From Eledone cirrhosa (taxonomy: Eukaryota), in assembly GCA_964016885.1 (NCBI GenBank), contig OZ024761.1, positions 25,792,001 to 25,856,000 on the forward strand: 64,000 bases of DNA. The letters run 5' to 3'. Under the pieces are notes generated by a model. It made no database searches, was not told the origin of the DNA, and worked only from the letters and a program-made list of their open reading frames with translations. The position numbers and the translations under genes were made by a program. Shown piece by piece: positions 26,363 through 39,994 of this stretch. Within the stretch, counting starts at the first letter, position 1; each line of letters starts with the position of its first letter.

Positions 26363-27043
26363 GAGGCTATGGACTTTTCAGACTAGGAATCTCGTTTATT
26401 TTGACATGTATCATTGATTTACGAATTCTATTTGGTGAGATCTTATATAAACGTATTACCCTCCAATCTTATCATATTCGATAATGGCAATATCATATGT
26501 GATAAAAGTTATGCTATAATATAGTTAAACACGGATTGACAAATATCTGATAAAAAATAAAACATACTAGATTTACTATATGATATCTGTAATAAAAAAA
26601 ATATTATATATTTTTTGAAAAATAATGTAAAAATAAAGTTAAGTTTATATAATAAAATATATAATAAAAAATGAAAAAAATATTAAGCAATATCTGAATT
26701 GAATGAAAAAAAAGATTAAAAAATAATAAAAATAAATTGTATTATGTAATAAAATTATGTGTATAGACTTGTACAGGGAAATATTTTTGTGAAATGTGTG
26801 ACGAACACACATACAAAGAGTAAAAAAAATTATAACAATAAAATAACGAACGAAACAAAATGGATGACAGAACATGTCGTAAACACGATATTGTAATAGG
26901 TGATAAAAATGTATAGACGTATAGGTGTTCATAAAGAATGTAACATATGTCCTTAATGTGATTGCGTGTTAACATGAATTGGATAAGCGTGAGTAAGATA
27001 CGTCACCATTATAGACATACACATGGGTTGACAGTTAAATACT

Positions 27044-27095
<52 letters not shown>

Positions 27096-27286
27096 GCATA
27101 TGTGTGTATTATAAAACTAAACTACTGTCGTCATACACAATCCCGTATTACTTGGTGGCGTTCACCATACATTTCATACGGTTATTACACGCATACACAC
27201 ACACATATATAAATAAATATATATATGTATATATAAAATAAAATAAAATAAATAAGTCAAATGTTTAACATTTAGCTTCGTTTATT

Positions 27287-27341
27287 ACTGCTATATATAT
27301 TTCAGTGACAGCCATCTTTGGCTGTGACCTCTTCAGGCAGT
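27287..27341 (-). ncRNA. Minimal type-I hammerhead ribozyme motif in a PLE end
   Basis: Minus strand: actgc CTGAAGA ggtcacagcca aaga tggctgtcact GAAA t atat ATA^ gcagt. Stems I and II pair and loop 3 is the palindrome ATAT. Confidence 0.85.
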
Positions 27342-27859
27342 CCGAGTTAGTGTGGTAGAGACGAGTACATAAGTTGTTGAGGTGTATAACTCTGTCAATA
27401 CTCTGATATGCCCAGTTCCTGGTTGGGTTGTTATTTCACTGAGGAACTGGAATCATATGAATTCAAACAAACGAATTTCAGTGTCAAAGGGACCCTTCTC
27501 CTCTCAATGGTCAGTTGTGGGAACATTCCTCATTCAAGAGTCTATTGAAATTCGTTCTGAGGCGAGGCAATATGTAGTTGTCGTTCTTGTTAGGTACATC
27601 TGACCTAATTTCTTGTGTTGGTAGTGTGGTTATTGTTGGAGTTAGCTAACAAAAGTTGATAAAGTGGTAGAAGGGATAAGATGGTAAAGGAACAAAATAA
27701 CAAAAAAAATGTCAAACTTCCCATTGGTCAGTTTTGAGAGCATTCCTCAGTCCAGATTCTATAGAAATTCTTTTTGGGGTGAGGCTCCCTGTAGTGTTTG
27801 TGTTTGCTATATACTCAAAATATATGTATATATATATATATATATTAATATATGAGGCA

Positions 27860-28950
27860 AAGCATGCTGTTGAGGCTCTATCGATTAATGCGATCCACTG
27901 ATACTTTAGTTATAAGCCTCGAAATCATGGAAAATAAAATTGACTTCGGCTCAAGATTTGTTCCGATAGCGCAGATATCTGGAATTTTAAGGATTTTGCC
28001 AGCCCAAACCTTTTGCTAAACTTGTACTTTGGTTATCGACCACGATACGATGAAATATAAAATTGATTTCCGCGCAGCGAGATTTGATCTGAGAGCACAA
28101 AGTTCAAAAACGGATTTCGTAATATACCCCTTCAGGTACTTCAACGATTTCGTCAGCTCAAAATCTTTTGTGAACTTGTACTTTATTTCTCGACCTAGGA
28201 ATGATGAAAGGTAGATCTTACCACTGCGCTGATATTTATAGTGAGAATGTAGAGCCCAAGACGGCCCTCTCAAAGTATATCGTCCCATATTTCAACAATT
28301 TCTTCAGCCCCAAATCCTTGCTGGACATGTTTTATTGCTTTCAAAGTGATAAAAACTAAAATTGACGACTGCGCTGATATTTGTCATCATCATCATCATC
28401 ATCCGGTGGCTTCAGGTGAAATCGACACAGCTATTGATCTCCTCGTGGCTCTGTCATTCATTGCCACTGGCAAATCCTGAATTTCAATACCAGAATTTCT
28501 GGAGATGACAACTGAATAAGAGAGCTTGCACCCCCTGTTATTAGTGACTGCTTGTGGTTTCCAAAGCACAAATGATTCACACAGCCTCATATAAAAAAAT
28601 GCAGATTTGTACTGAGAGCACAGAGGTCCATAACTGAACTCGTAATATATGCCGTCTGATATTTCAGCGATTTCTTTACTCTAAAACCTTTGCTGAACTT
28701 GCTGTGTAAATTTTATTTCTGTGGTGGGATGTGATCTGACAGCATAAAGGCCAAGAACAGATCTCGTAATAAATCCCGTTTGATATTTCACGATTTCTTC
28801 AGTCTAAAACCTTTGCTGATCTTTTACTTTATTTATCACCCACGAAGTGATAAAAACTACAATTAACTACTATGACTTGATCTGAAATCAGAGTGGAGAT
28901 AATCGGAAACAATATCACAAAACATTTGTCCGGTTCTGTTAATCCGTTGC
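27860..28950 (-). repeat. Degenerate tandem array of SINE-derived ~130-150 bp units
   Basis: Recurrent aaacctttgctgaacttgtactttatt...gatgaaa...aaaattgac...gatttga.ctgagagca...cgtaatata...atttcaacgatttc, which resembles the reverse-strand SINE core. Confidence 0.65.
28383..28592 (-). mobile_element. RTE LINE 3' end with (GAT)n tail, inserted in the SINE-derived array
   Basis: FVLWKPQ...RGCKLSYSVVISRNSGIEIQDLPVAMNDRA.RR, ending in tgatgatgatga. Confidence 0.75.
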
Positions 28951-29264
28951 CCAATTAGCTTTGACTAATAAAAGTCGTTATTTTCCTTTGTTATATAATA
29001 TACAGCTGGTTAGCTGGCTATATTTGTTAAATATTGTAGATGTTGTTAGTTTGGCTTTGTTCTTTTTTATTCTTCACATCTTTTCACCAATTTCCTCTAT
29101 CGCTATTTCCGGTTGAATGCTTCCGGTTTCTATTTACCTCCATTACATTTTTCTTTCTATTTTTCTTTCTATTTTCTTCTTTAGCAATTCAGAAGATTTG
29201 TCATTAGATGTTGTTTTCTTAGTTTGACGGCAATTACAATTACATTTCTTTCTCGTGTACTTCG

Positions 29265-29925
29265 TGTTGTTGTTGTATTTCTTTGTCATGTTGTTGCTGT
29301 ATTTCTTGCACTTCCTTTTGTTGTATTTGTTGTTGTTCTAGTTGTTTACTTTTTGCTGCCGTTATGGTTGTAGTAATAGTTGTAGTTGTTGGGGGCTCTA
29401 GCTGTTGCTGTAGCTATGTTGTTGGTGTTCGGGTTGTTGTATTTTATATTGTTGGTGAGCTTTTCTTGTACTTGGTGTTGTTGTTGGTGTTGCTGTTGGT
29501 GCTGTACTTGCTGTTGTTGGTGTTATGGTTGTTGTACTTGATGATGGGGTGGTTGTTGTTGTATTTGAGCTTGTTGTAATTGCAGTTGTCTTTGCAGTTG
29601 TTGGAGTATTAGCTGTAGCTGGAACTGCTGTTGTTGTCTTTACTGGTGTTATAACTGCAGTTATTTTTGTTGTATTCGCTGGTGTTATAGCTACGGTTAT
29701 TGTGGAGTTTAAGCTGTTGTTGGAACTGTATTGTTGATATGGATGCTGTTGTTGTATTCGCTGTTATTTTAGTTGTTATTGCCATTGTATTTGGGGAAGT
29801 TGATTGTAACGGCAATGCTGTAAATGTTATTGTTGTTTCCATTGATATTGTAGTTGTTATAACTGTTGTTGTTCTCGTAACTTTTTGATATATTTCTTTT
29901 ATGATGTTTTAATTGTTGTTAGTTG
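29265..29925. repeat. Degenerate (GTT)n region
   Basis: Direct reading of the sequence. Confidence 0.85.
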
Positions 29926-30454
29926 TTGGGGTTATTTAGTCACAATCTTATGCTCGGTCAAGCAAACCTAAGATCAAAGAGGTTTCAGTGTAGTAAGTCT
30001 TCTGTATTCTCTTTCAGTAACTGTGTATTTAATACTACGATATTACTTTATCCAATGTTTCAGTTTATGAACACAGAGTGGTTCGGTGGTGGGGTATGTA
30101 AAACAGTGTTGTGGTATAATTGACTATTATTTTCAGCAGTTTAAAAGATACACTCGCCTTTTGGATGAATTGTTCTATCACCTGAGTGTTATTCTCTAAT
30201 TTGTATTATCATATTTCATGCAATTTTATTAGCTATTTGTCGCAATTTGTCGCTCATAACGGTATGTAGCTTAGTGGTTAGGTTGTTCGCTTCTTGTTCG
30301 TATGGCGTATGTTCGAATCATGGATGTGTAATTTGTTCTTAAGCCAGTCAATATATTTCTTCTCGCTTCAAATCCAATCAGCAGGCACACGGTCCCCATT
30401 CCCTAACTAGATGGATAGATAGATATACGTGTGTGTGTTTCTGTTCAAGTTCAA

Positions 30455-30570
30455 GCTTTCTGATGAGGTCATATCTGTTGCATAATGGTTATCACTGAAA
30501 TATATATAACAGTGATTATGAATAAACGAAGTCAATTTCCACCTATTGACTTGTACTTCGTGCTTTTATA
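30455..30570 (+). mobile_element. PLE end with a decayed hammerhead (same family as 27287-27341)
   Basis: CTGATGA ggtcata...tcact GAAA tatatata acagt...aataaacgaag. The stems pair poorly. Confidence 0.55.
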
Positions 30571-30629
30571 TGTATGTATGTATGTATGTGTGTATGTGTG
30601 TGTGTCCATATATATATATATATATATAT

Positions 30630-30677
30630 AGGTGTGACAGAGAGAGAGACGAACGAAAATGATGAAATATCATATTA

Positions 30678-30715
<38 letters not shown>

Positions 30716-30762
30716 TAATATATTTCATCATTTTCGTTCGTCTCTCTATCTCTGTCACACCT
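30630..30762. repeat. Inverted repeat centred on a (TA)n tract
   Basis: aggtgtgacagagagagagacgaacgaaaatgatgaaatat..tattagaa (TA)n ttctaata..atttcatcattttcgttcgtctctctatctctgtcacacct. Confidence 0.85.
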
Positions 30763-31816
30763 GATTTGTTTTCTGATTGCGTGAACAAATATGCAATGGG
30801 AAGCTATGAGGTTGCTTATTACTTAAACCCCTTTCATAACAAACCAGTTGAAACAGGTCCCTTGTTTGAGTATAGAACGCTGTTTATATATAGTTTCGTT
30901 TCGTCATAAGTGATGTTAGTGTTGTTTAACACCAGTCTGCTCTGCTTGAGAAATTACTTGCAAAATATTCAATAGGAAATTAGAATGAAAAAAGATGTGT
31001 TAATGCTATTTGAAATCGGAAGTTAGCAAAAACTCAATACATTAGTCCCAAGTCAATCTAGTGATGTTATATAGAAATGGTGTGCACAATACAAGAACGA
31101 TAATTCTACGTCAAAGAAACAAACGCACACAGACACACATACAGAAGGAAAGAGAGAGAGGGGCACACACAGAGTAACACAGACACACACACGTCAAACA
31201 ACAGATAAGTATCTACAGACGGAAGGCAATTCATGAGGAAGACAGAAGGTTTAGGATAAGAGTAATACAACAATGGAACGAAAATAAAATTCTTGGAGAA
31301 GATAAACAGAGAGATTTTACAGGGATTAAAACCACATAACCATAAAAAGCAGAGAATCTCTCGCAGACAAACAAAGAAGTCGTAAGAATAAATGTTTGGA
31401 GATAAGTATGAGAAGTTGGGGGAAAAAAAACTCTCATAAAACAAATGTAATACATTATAGAACAAAGGGGGAAAATTAACCAAGTAATTGTACAACTATA
31501 GTGGAAGACATTGACTGATATTGGATGCGGATGTCATTGGCAATAGACAGAGTTCAAATGTTACAATGAACCATCTACTTCACAAATATCGTTTAATACA
31601 CTAATGTTATAATAGATATATAACAAGCCCCCATCGCCTACCAGTCGGTGACAAGGAAAAGTACGCATGCGCAGTGATAGTTATTTTTGTTGTTTTTTGC
31701 TGTCACAGATAGTGGATTATAATATATTATGGTAGGTTAGGTTAAACATTTATAAAATATTGCAATGTAGTTACCATCACATATATAGAATATATATATA
31801 TATAGAATATATATAT

Positions 31817-31853
<37 letters not shown>

Positions 31854-31944
31854 GGAGAGAGCTGAGAGAGAAATGGCTTCTACAGCACTAGAACTGTTTC
31901 TTTATACTCTGGTATGATTCAGTATCATACTGTGGTTACCCCCG

Positions 31945-32007
31945 ACACACACAATATATATATATATATATATATAGTTGTGTGTGTGTGTGTGTGTGTG
32001 TAAATGC

Positions 32008-32054
<47 letters not shown>

Positions 32055-32152
32055 GTGTGTGTGTGTGTGTGTAAATGCATTATATATATATATATATATA
32101 CAGTTGTGTGTGTGTGTAAATGCATTATATATATATATATATATATATACAC

Positions 32153-32190
<38 letters not shown>

Positions 32191-32924
32191 TTATATATAT
32201 ATATATATATACACACACATTTATACACGTTAAATAATGACCTTTTTTGTTTAATATAAGGAACTGTTTCATTGTTTTATTCATTATTTTTTTAATATTT
32301 TATATATATATATATATATACATTTATATATACATTTATATATATATATACATTATATACATTTATATATATATACATACATTATATACATTTATATATA
32401 TATACATACATTATATACATCTATATATACATTTCTATATACATATATATATATACATATACATTTCTATATACATATATATATATATATACATTTATAT
32501 ATACATATATATATATATATATGCATTTATATATACATATATATATATATATATGCATTTATATATACATATATATATATATATATGCATTTATATATAC
32601 ATATATATATATATATATGCATTTATATATACATATATATATATATATTCATTTATATATACATATATATATATATATTCATTTATATATACATATATAT
32701 ATATATGCATTTATATATACATATATATATATATATTCATTTATATATACATATATATATATATATTCATTTATATATACATATATATATATATATTCAT
32801 TTATATATACATATATATATATATTCATTTATATATACATATATATATATATATTCATTTATATATACATATATATATACATTTATATATACATACATTT
32901 ATATATACATACATTTATATATAC

Positions 32925-32957
<33 letters not shown>

Positions 32958-32996
32958 CATATATACATACATTTATATATACATACATTTTACATA

Positions 32997-33028
<32 letters not shown>

Positions 33029-33590
33029 CATTTATATATACATATATATATACATTTATATATACATATATATATATACATTTATATATATATACATTTA
33101 TATATATATGTACATATACATTTATATATATATATATGTATATATACATTTATATATATATATATATATATATACATTTATACATTTATATATATATATA
33201 TATATACATTTATATATTCATTTATACATTTATATATATATATATATATACACATTTATACATTTATATATATATATATATATACATTTATATATATATA
33301 TATATACATTTATACGTTTATATATATATATATATATTTGTGTGTGTGTGTATACATATAGACGTGTGTGTGTGTGTGTATACATATATCTATATATATG
33401 TGTGTGTGTGTGAGTGTATATACATATATACGTGTGTGTGTGTGTGTGTATATACATATATATATATATATATGTGAGTGTGTATACATAAATACATGTT
33501 TGTGTATATATATATATGACTGTCTGTGATCTATATGCACTGGTCATATACACACACGCAAACATAAATATATATACTCATATATACACA
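31945..33590. repeat. Compound (TA)/(TG) microsatellite field with catttatatatacata units
   Basis: Direct reading of the sequence. Confidence 0.95.
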
Positions 33591-33714
33591 ACAACGACAT
33601 CAGCTCTCTCTCTTTCATTCTTGTTCTCTGTCTCCTCTCCCTCTCTCTATATATATGCCTCTCTTTAAATCTACTGTCATAAACACTATCTCTTTCTCTC
33701 TATCTTTCTCTCTG

Positions 33715-33908
33715 ACTATGAAGGTACACGGAAAAAACCCATATCTCGGGGACCCATGGTCCTATTTACACGAAACTTGTTGTATTCCATTTGTATTCCT
33801 ATTTCAGGGGCCACTTCCTTTCAAACGAATTTCCCATTATGCGCCATTTTGGCTGTATTACATTACAGACAAGCAAACAAGCAATCACTGAGTTTTAGTA
33901 GTATATAT
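33715..33908 (+). mobile_element. Possible Helentron/HINE-like non-autonomous element end
   Basis: Ends with acagacaagcaaacaagcaatcactgagttttagtagtata, resembling the 3' microsatellite plus terminal motif of DINE-1-like elements. This is pattern recognition only. Confidence 0.35.
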
Positions 33909-34107
33909 GTTACAGATGTCATGTCGAGAGAGAAGAGATAAATGGATTCCCTGACAATTCAGCTTTACGTCTCTGTGTCTTAGTATATGATGTCTCATTT
34001 CATAGACATAAAAGCTTATCAGTCCTGTCATTGCTTGGAGAATATGTATTATTACAGTATTGGAGTTATGCAAATTATATGTTAAAACTGTTATTATGAG
34101 TATGTTG

Positions 34108-34275
34108 TGGGCAGTAGATTAGCAGCATCGGTACGGCATCGGAAAATATGCTTTATGACAGAGTTACGGCCCATTATGATCCGAGTTCAAATTCCGACGA
34201 GGTTAATTTTGCTAAAATAAAGCACAGTAAGGTAAAATAAAGTACCAGTAAAGTACTGAGGGCGTTTAGTCGACT
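34108..34275 (+). mobile_element. Degenerate tRNA-derived SINE
   Basis: B box gagttcaaattcc and aaaataaagtaccagtaa. Confidence 0.7.
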
Positions 34276-35521
34276 TTTCCCTCTTTCCTCTCTTTCTCTA
34301 TGGTTATCTCTCTCTCTTTCTTGGTGCTCCCATACATGCTCTCGTCTCGACTCATCCCTCTTTCGAAGGGGAAGTATTAATTAATTTTGCCTTTTTGTTT
34401 TTTTTTCTAATGGCTAGAAAATACGAAGCTCGCCACACCTGCATACTCATAGATTTCACCGCTAATTGGAGCAGTTGTGCCACCCTATTGTCAAATTAAT
34501 AGTCGATAATTTGAGAAACCACTGGTGTTCAGGATGCCAAGTTCATCTAAAACTGATGATCGTCACAGAAGCTAATGCTTACGAAAAGACAAGCAGGTTT
34601 TTTATTGAGGTTTGCTTCTCCAAATCCATACTGTTCTATGATAGCCATATCAGAGACACCGCATGAAGGATGTGGCTTTTGTACACACAGGCGGGCCTTC
34701 GAAGTGAAAAACGTTAGGTTCTTAGCTTAAATGAGCATATATTGCTTGTCATCTCTTCGTCGAGTGGCATGTTGAACAGACTCTGGGATACATGGGGACG
34801 CCAAAATGCAACAAAAGACCAACAAGTGTTAACCAGGGACATCTGCTACAGCTCTGAACACTTATACAAAATATTTGTTAAAGCTTTTGTTATCATATTT
34901 GATATTATAGGGATCAGATCTGATTCAAAGATAACTTTGAAAACAATCAAGGATGTATTTCCCCTCCAGGGGTACTTTTCCCAACTATTAGTTATCCTGG
35001 TGGATTATTGATAGATATTTTTACATTGGGACGACTATATTTCAAGTATTATATATGTGTGTGTGCGTGCGCCTGTGCATGTGTCTATGTTTGAGTGTGT
35101 ATGTGTGTTTGCAAGTACTATTATTTAACCCGACATCTGTTCTACTGTACTTGATAACTACTTAAGCTAATTCCCCAAGTCACGTCAAGTCGCTTTTAAT
35201 TCTCTTTGTAACGATAATACATACTTCGTAAAATTTCTGCTTACGTTTATGTTTTTTTTTTCTTAACATATATCATATGTATCTCTATATAAACCTACCA
35301 AATACAGCAATGGAAATATTCTGAATGTAGTGCAAGAATTTGATTTAATTTTCTCGAAACACCGATGGGAGACACATCGAGATGAAAAGATTTAAGATAA
35401 ATATATATTTCCTATCAGTTTCAGAATATATTTCAGAATATGAACAAGCATTTTAGAGAAAATCAATTTAAGAAAAATGTTTATCATTTGAGTTTGTAAA
35501 TTTCGGAAGGTTCTTTTTTTA

Positions 35522-36393
35522 CGAATTTCGGTTGAAATGTTCATAGGCTGACGATGTTACTCTCATCCAATGAACAAATGAGGTTTGTTTTTCAACATAG
35601 TCTCTAGAAAGGAACAATGTAATTGTTAGTAAGAAGAGCTAAAATTAGTGCATGCAAGATTTGACAGCCCTAGCATCACTCCCTTATAGGATGATCAAGA
35701 CATGGAATAACCAAATGAGGTTTATTTTTCAACATAGTCCCTAGAAAGGAACAATTCAATTATTAACATTCTTCTAAACTCCGCCAGTTGCAGACTGCGC
35801 ATTGACATGTGATATCTCTCTCCACAAAGTTCGATCACCAACAGCAGAGTTCAAAGAGCAAAGATCAAGTCCAGTCCATAAGCTGATATTGTCAAGCCAT
35901 CGTTTCGGCTGCTGGTCTCTGTTTCTCCTACCAGCCAACCTTCCTTCCAGGCATAATCTACTCACACCACGAGTTATTAATTTAAGTTTCAGTGTCTATT
36001 TATATGGCCGTATAGTTTGAGTACTTGACAATTGATGTAATTAGTCTAAGTTAGGTAACATTGAACAGCTCACTGATACAGATACGGTCGCTGAGCCGCT
36101 TGCCAGTCATAAATCTCATGATGCGGTTCTTGAATGTAGAGAGCTTCCGAAGTGACCTTGCCATCCAATTAACACCGTCAAGACTATATAACACAACTGG
36201 TAGGATTTGAAGGCTAAGTGTCAAAGATCTTAGCCCTCACATGATAGAAATTAGTTTTGATTTTAGTACAACCTTGTTATTGCTGAAAGCTGCCCAACCT
36301 ATTATGAACAGTTGAAATTAATGCATGCAAGATTTCACAGCTCTAATATCAAAGCATTTATGATCAGCCTATGAACGTTTCAGCCGAGCCTTG
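35522..36393. mobile_element. Mariner-derived MITE(s) interrupted by an RTE LINE
   Basis: TA|cgaatttcggttgaaatgttcataggctga ... tcagcctatgaacgtttcagccgagccttg|TA. Confidence 0.65.
35774..36230 (-). mobile_element. RTE (BovB-like) LINE 3' fragment
   Basis: SRLCLEGRLAGRRNRDQQPKRWLDNISLWTGL...AVGDRTLWREI, with upstream degenerate LSTFKNRIMRFMTG...DRI. Confidence 0.8.
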
Positions 36394-36684
36394 TATATTG
36401 TCAGGGATAATGGAAATACTATGCGTTGCAGCTGGGCATTCTTTAAGATATTCCAATATAAAAGATATGTTTAAAATTGCCATAAATTACTCAACTCTTC
36501 GCTTAAATTTAACGTCTTGCTAACGTCCTGTCTTGGGGAGAAGATGGGAGCCATCAAGTCATTTTATGGCTCCTTAAAATGACGGACACAAAGTTAAACA
36601 TTAATTTGGTATTTAAACGACTGGCTGCATATGCTCCTCAATCTTAACCACCATATTTGATAGAAGAAACATTACGGCTTTGTA

Positions 36685-36726
<42 letters not shown>

Positions 36727-36730
<4 letters not shown>

Positions 36731-36892
36731 ACAATTATGACCCCGACGGCAGAGCTCAAGCCGTTTTGACGGCTATTTCTGGGGAGAGAGGGGGGGTCAT
36801 ACGTGTTCCTATTACCCACTCTACTACCCTAAGTATTGAGTACTTTAGTGCGTTATGGTCCATCTGGTTCTTTACCACAATTCCTTCGTTTT
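36727..36892. mobile_element. PLE family A copy with the hairpin partly deleted
   Basis: Both family-A termini are present between (TA)n tracts. Confidence 0.7.
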
Positions 36893-36902
36893 ATATATAT
36901 AT

Positions 36903-37290
36903 AGTTAGAGAAGCAAGAAATTGCTTATTGTGATCCAGTTCTTGGTGAAGAAAGCCAGTCTCATGGATGGTTCCAACGTACGGTTAGGGGTAACTCCACA
37001 AGTTTGTAAGAATTCCGTTCAATCTTGGAGTATAAATTATAAAAGAGAAAACACAGGTAAGCATTAAGAGAAGGATTTTATCCAGGTATTTACGACCGTT
37101 TCATTGGTAAGTTCAACCTTTTATTGCTATACTGCAAATAGCAGCCACAAAATTTGGACTGTGAACAACAATTATATTTGAGTGGCTGCTATTTGCAGTA
37201 TAGCAATATAAGGTTGCACTTACCAATGAAACGGTCGTAAATACCTGGATAAAATCCTTCTGTTAATGCCTACATGTGTTTTCTCTTTTA

Positions 37291-37294
<4 letters not shown>
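36903..37294. mobile_element. PLE end with fold-back palindrome (37038-37148 / 37182-37292)
   Basis: Each arm has only the hammerhead 3' half, GAAA c ggtc GTA^ aatacc. Flanked by TA repeats. Confidence 0.7.
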
Positions 37295-37326
<32 letters not shown>

Positions 37327-37794
37327 GCTATGGTTATATAGCTTCTAATTGAATGAAAAGAGGCAGGGTGGCGTGTTGATGTAATGGAAAGACATTGGTA
37401 TGGGCAAGTGTCCCATGTACTTCAATGCTCCATCTTTTTTTCCATTCAGAGGGTTCTTTAAAATCCCAGATAACATACTAATTATATTTAGTCAAATACG
37501 ACGTAAGCACATGTTACTACAGGTTTTGTTCTCACATTCGTAAGATCGGGTTTTCGATTCCGGGAAAGGAGCACACGTTCTGATATTCAGCAAGTAACCT
37601 CATTTCACGTTGCACAAAGCACCCTAGCTGGAGATGAGTAACATTACTATTACCAACAGCTCTGGTTTAACCTTGCCACATAACGTGTTCCCTTTCAAAG
37701 GAGAGTCTTGTTCTGGGATCTCAGTTGCTTAACATCACATGTACCGAAGAAAACCCTCTTCAGATTGTCTTATATTCGTGTTTTATATTTTGAG

Positions 37795-37997
37795 GTGAAG
37801 GCGTGTGACTGAGTGGTTAGATAATAGGATTCGCAATCGTAAGGTTGTGAGTTAGATTCCCGGACCGGCCGATGCCTTATGTCCTTGGGCAAGAAACTTT
37901 ATTTCACGTGCTCCTTCTACCTAGAGTTGCGACCGATAGAGAGTATTAGCAATTGGAAAGACCATTGGAAACATTTTTCCTCGGTCCGATTTGACCA
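37795..37997 (+). mobile_element. tRNA-derived SINE, second family; inverted homolog at 53311-53498
   Basis: gagtggttaga..gagttagattcc..gtccttgggcaagaaactttatttcac..agtattagcaattggaaa..cctcggtccgatttgac. Confidence 0.75.
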
Positions 37998-38326
37998 AAA
38001 TCGATCATTCCTTTTATCTTGGAAAATGAAAGCAGTCGATTGATAGAATGGACCAAGGAAATAATATTTCCACCGGTCTTCCCATAACTAATACTATGTA
38101 CCGATCATTACTAGCGGAATGAATTGGGATTCTGACATTTTGGCGGGGTTGTTTTTGTGATATTTGTAATCCGAAATATCCTTTTAGTATTTTTAAATAA
38201 ATTAATCGCACTTTCTATAGCTTATCTCGCCGTGTTGTAACTCACGGACTAATGTATACACACTACATACTTGTATACACAATGTATGTGCATATATATA
38301 TATATATTATATTCATATATATTTTA

Positions 38327-38368
<42 letters not shown>

Positions 38369-39127
38369 TACACCTCCTCTACAAAAATAAATTTCCGCCA
38401 ATTATATATTTATTTATATTTATATATATAAATATATATATATATATATGTGTACATGTGTATATAATTTGCTTTCCTTTCTGTGTTCTATTTAAAGTAG
38501 GTTATAAATTTTATTTTAAGCTGAAATTTCATAGATTTCGTCTCATTCACTGTTATTTTTTTTTCTTCCTCTACCGATTTCTGAAGAAATCAATTAAAGA
38601 ATTGGCAGTATTATATTTTTATATACCAGATAAAACTGTCAAAGCGAAAGATTTATTGAAAATAAATAAATTCTGTATTTTATGTTGAATAATTTGTCTC
38701 AGCTACGCCCCATGATATAAAGTGCTATATCGAAAACTTGTGGCCACATCTAGAGACACTATTATGATTTTATTTTGCACATACTTGCATCTGATATCGA
38801 AGTATTTGTTGCAACATATATCCTTTTTTAATCCTTTTGTTACCATATTTCTAAAGAAAGAAACACTTTTAATTTTTTTCACTTTTAGTGATTTTTGCTA
38901 TAAGAGAGCGACCATGGTTCCTATTATTTTCAAAAGATTTCCAAAATAATCCATTTAGAAGAATTTACTAATAGAACTATTTTCTCGATGTTAAGCTGGT
39001 GATAAAAAAAAATTAATTGTAAAATTCTAAATTTCGTTTTCTGTATGTCTTTGTGTGTGTAACATCTGAATGAATATCTTCCACCTCTAACTATCTTACT
39101 CTCCGCCTCTTGTTCCCGATCGACTCA

Positions 39128-39256
39128 CCAGGATGGGGAATAATTTGCCAACGAGAACGGCAATGGAGACGCGCTAGAACAGCCATTCAAACTTACGGGG
39201 CTCGCACCAGCGGAGAGCCAACACCACTGGACGTCTCCATTGCTACAATCTCGACC
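39128..39256 (-). pseudogene. Short CRE-clade LINE endonuclease relic
   Basis: The minus strand gives AMETSSGVG and EPRKFEWLF*RVSIAVL, matching AAETSGVLG and EPGELEWLFQRVSLAVL of 45140-45541. Confidence 0.65.
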
Positions 39257-39296
39257 ACAGTTCTTTTAACACCACTCAGCGTTTCATTATACTTAT

Positions 39297-39475
39297 CGGC
39301 AGTATCGGTAGAGGGTCGGACGCCATGCTTTCCAGCATAGTTACCTCCATTTGCGATCTCAGTTCAAATCCCGTTGAGGTGAACTTTGTCTTTGATCCTT
39401 ACGAGGTCGATAAAATAAAGAACCAGTAATGTACTGGGTAATTGCTGACCTTGTGTCAAAAGCAGAACCAATTAT
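39297..39475 (+). mobile_element. tRNA-derived SINE
   Basis: A and B boxes and core as in 10329-10520. Confidence 0.85.
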
Positions 39476-39994
39476 ATTTCTAATGATAGGCGCTGCCTGA
39501 AATTTATAAATCATTTTGAAAAATTATGAAGAATTTCGAAATTTTTTTGTATTTTAGTCACCGCCACGAAAGTACAAAGATTTTCTATAGCTCGGTTGCC
39601 CTCATTTACTCACTCAATTAGAAATAGTTTAAACGAGGGGCGTGCAACAGGCGGCCCATGGCCACAATACCCAGACCAGTCAGCGTAGCCTGCGATGACC
39701 GTTTATAATGTTTAGCTTGTAGGCTTATTTAGTATTTTTTTTGTAAACGTAATATAATTTTCTGTTAGTTAACCTATATTAAAGGGCTTCACTGCTAACA
39801 AACATATATTTGTATTGGAACGGTCGTATTAAGCTTATACCTAAATGTACCATAACAGCGTTTATATAAATATAAACATGTCAAACTCTTCGTTACAACA
39901 ATTCTAATGAAATATATTGTTTGAAAAGGAAAACTGAGCTGGGAAGAATTTGTACTCAGAACGGAGAAAATCGTAATGAGATACCTCAAAGCAT

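Noticed and set aside
34400-35010. Non-repetitive stretch with short ORFs
   Set aside because: No recognisable protein motif or supportable exon structure.
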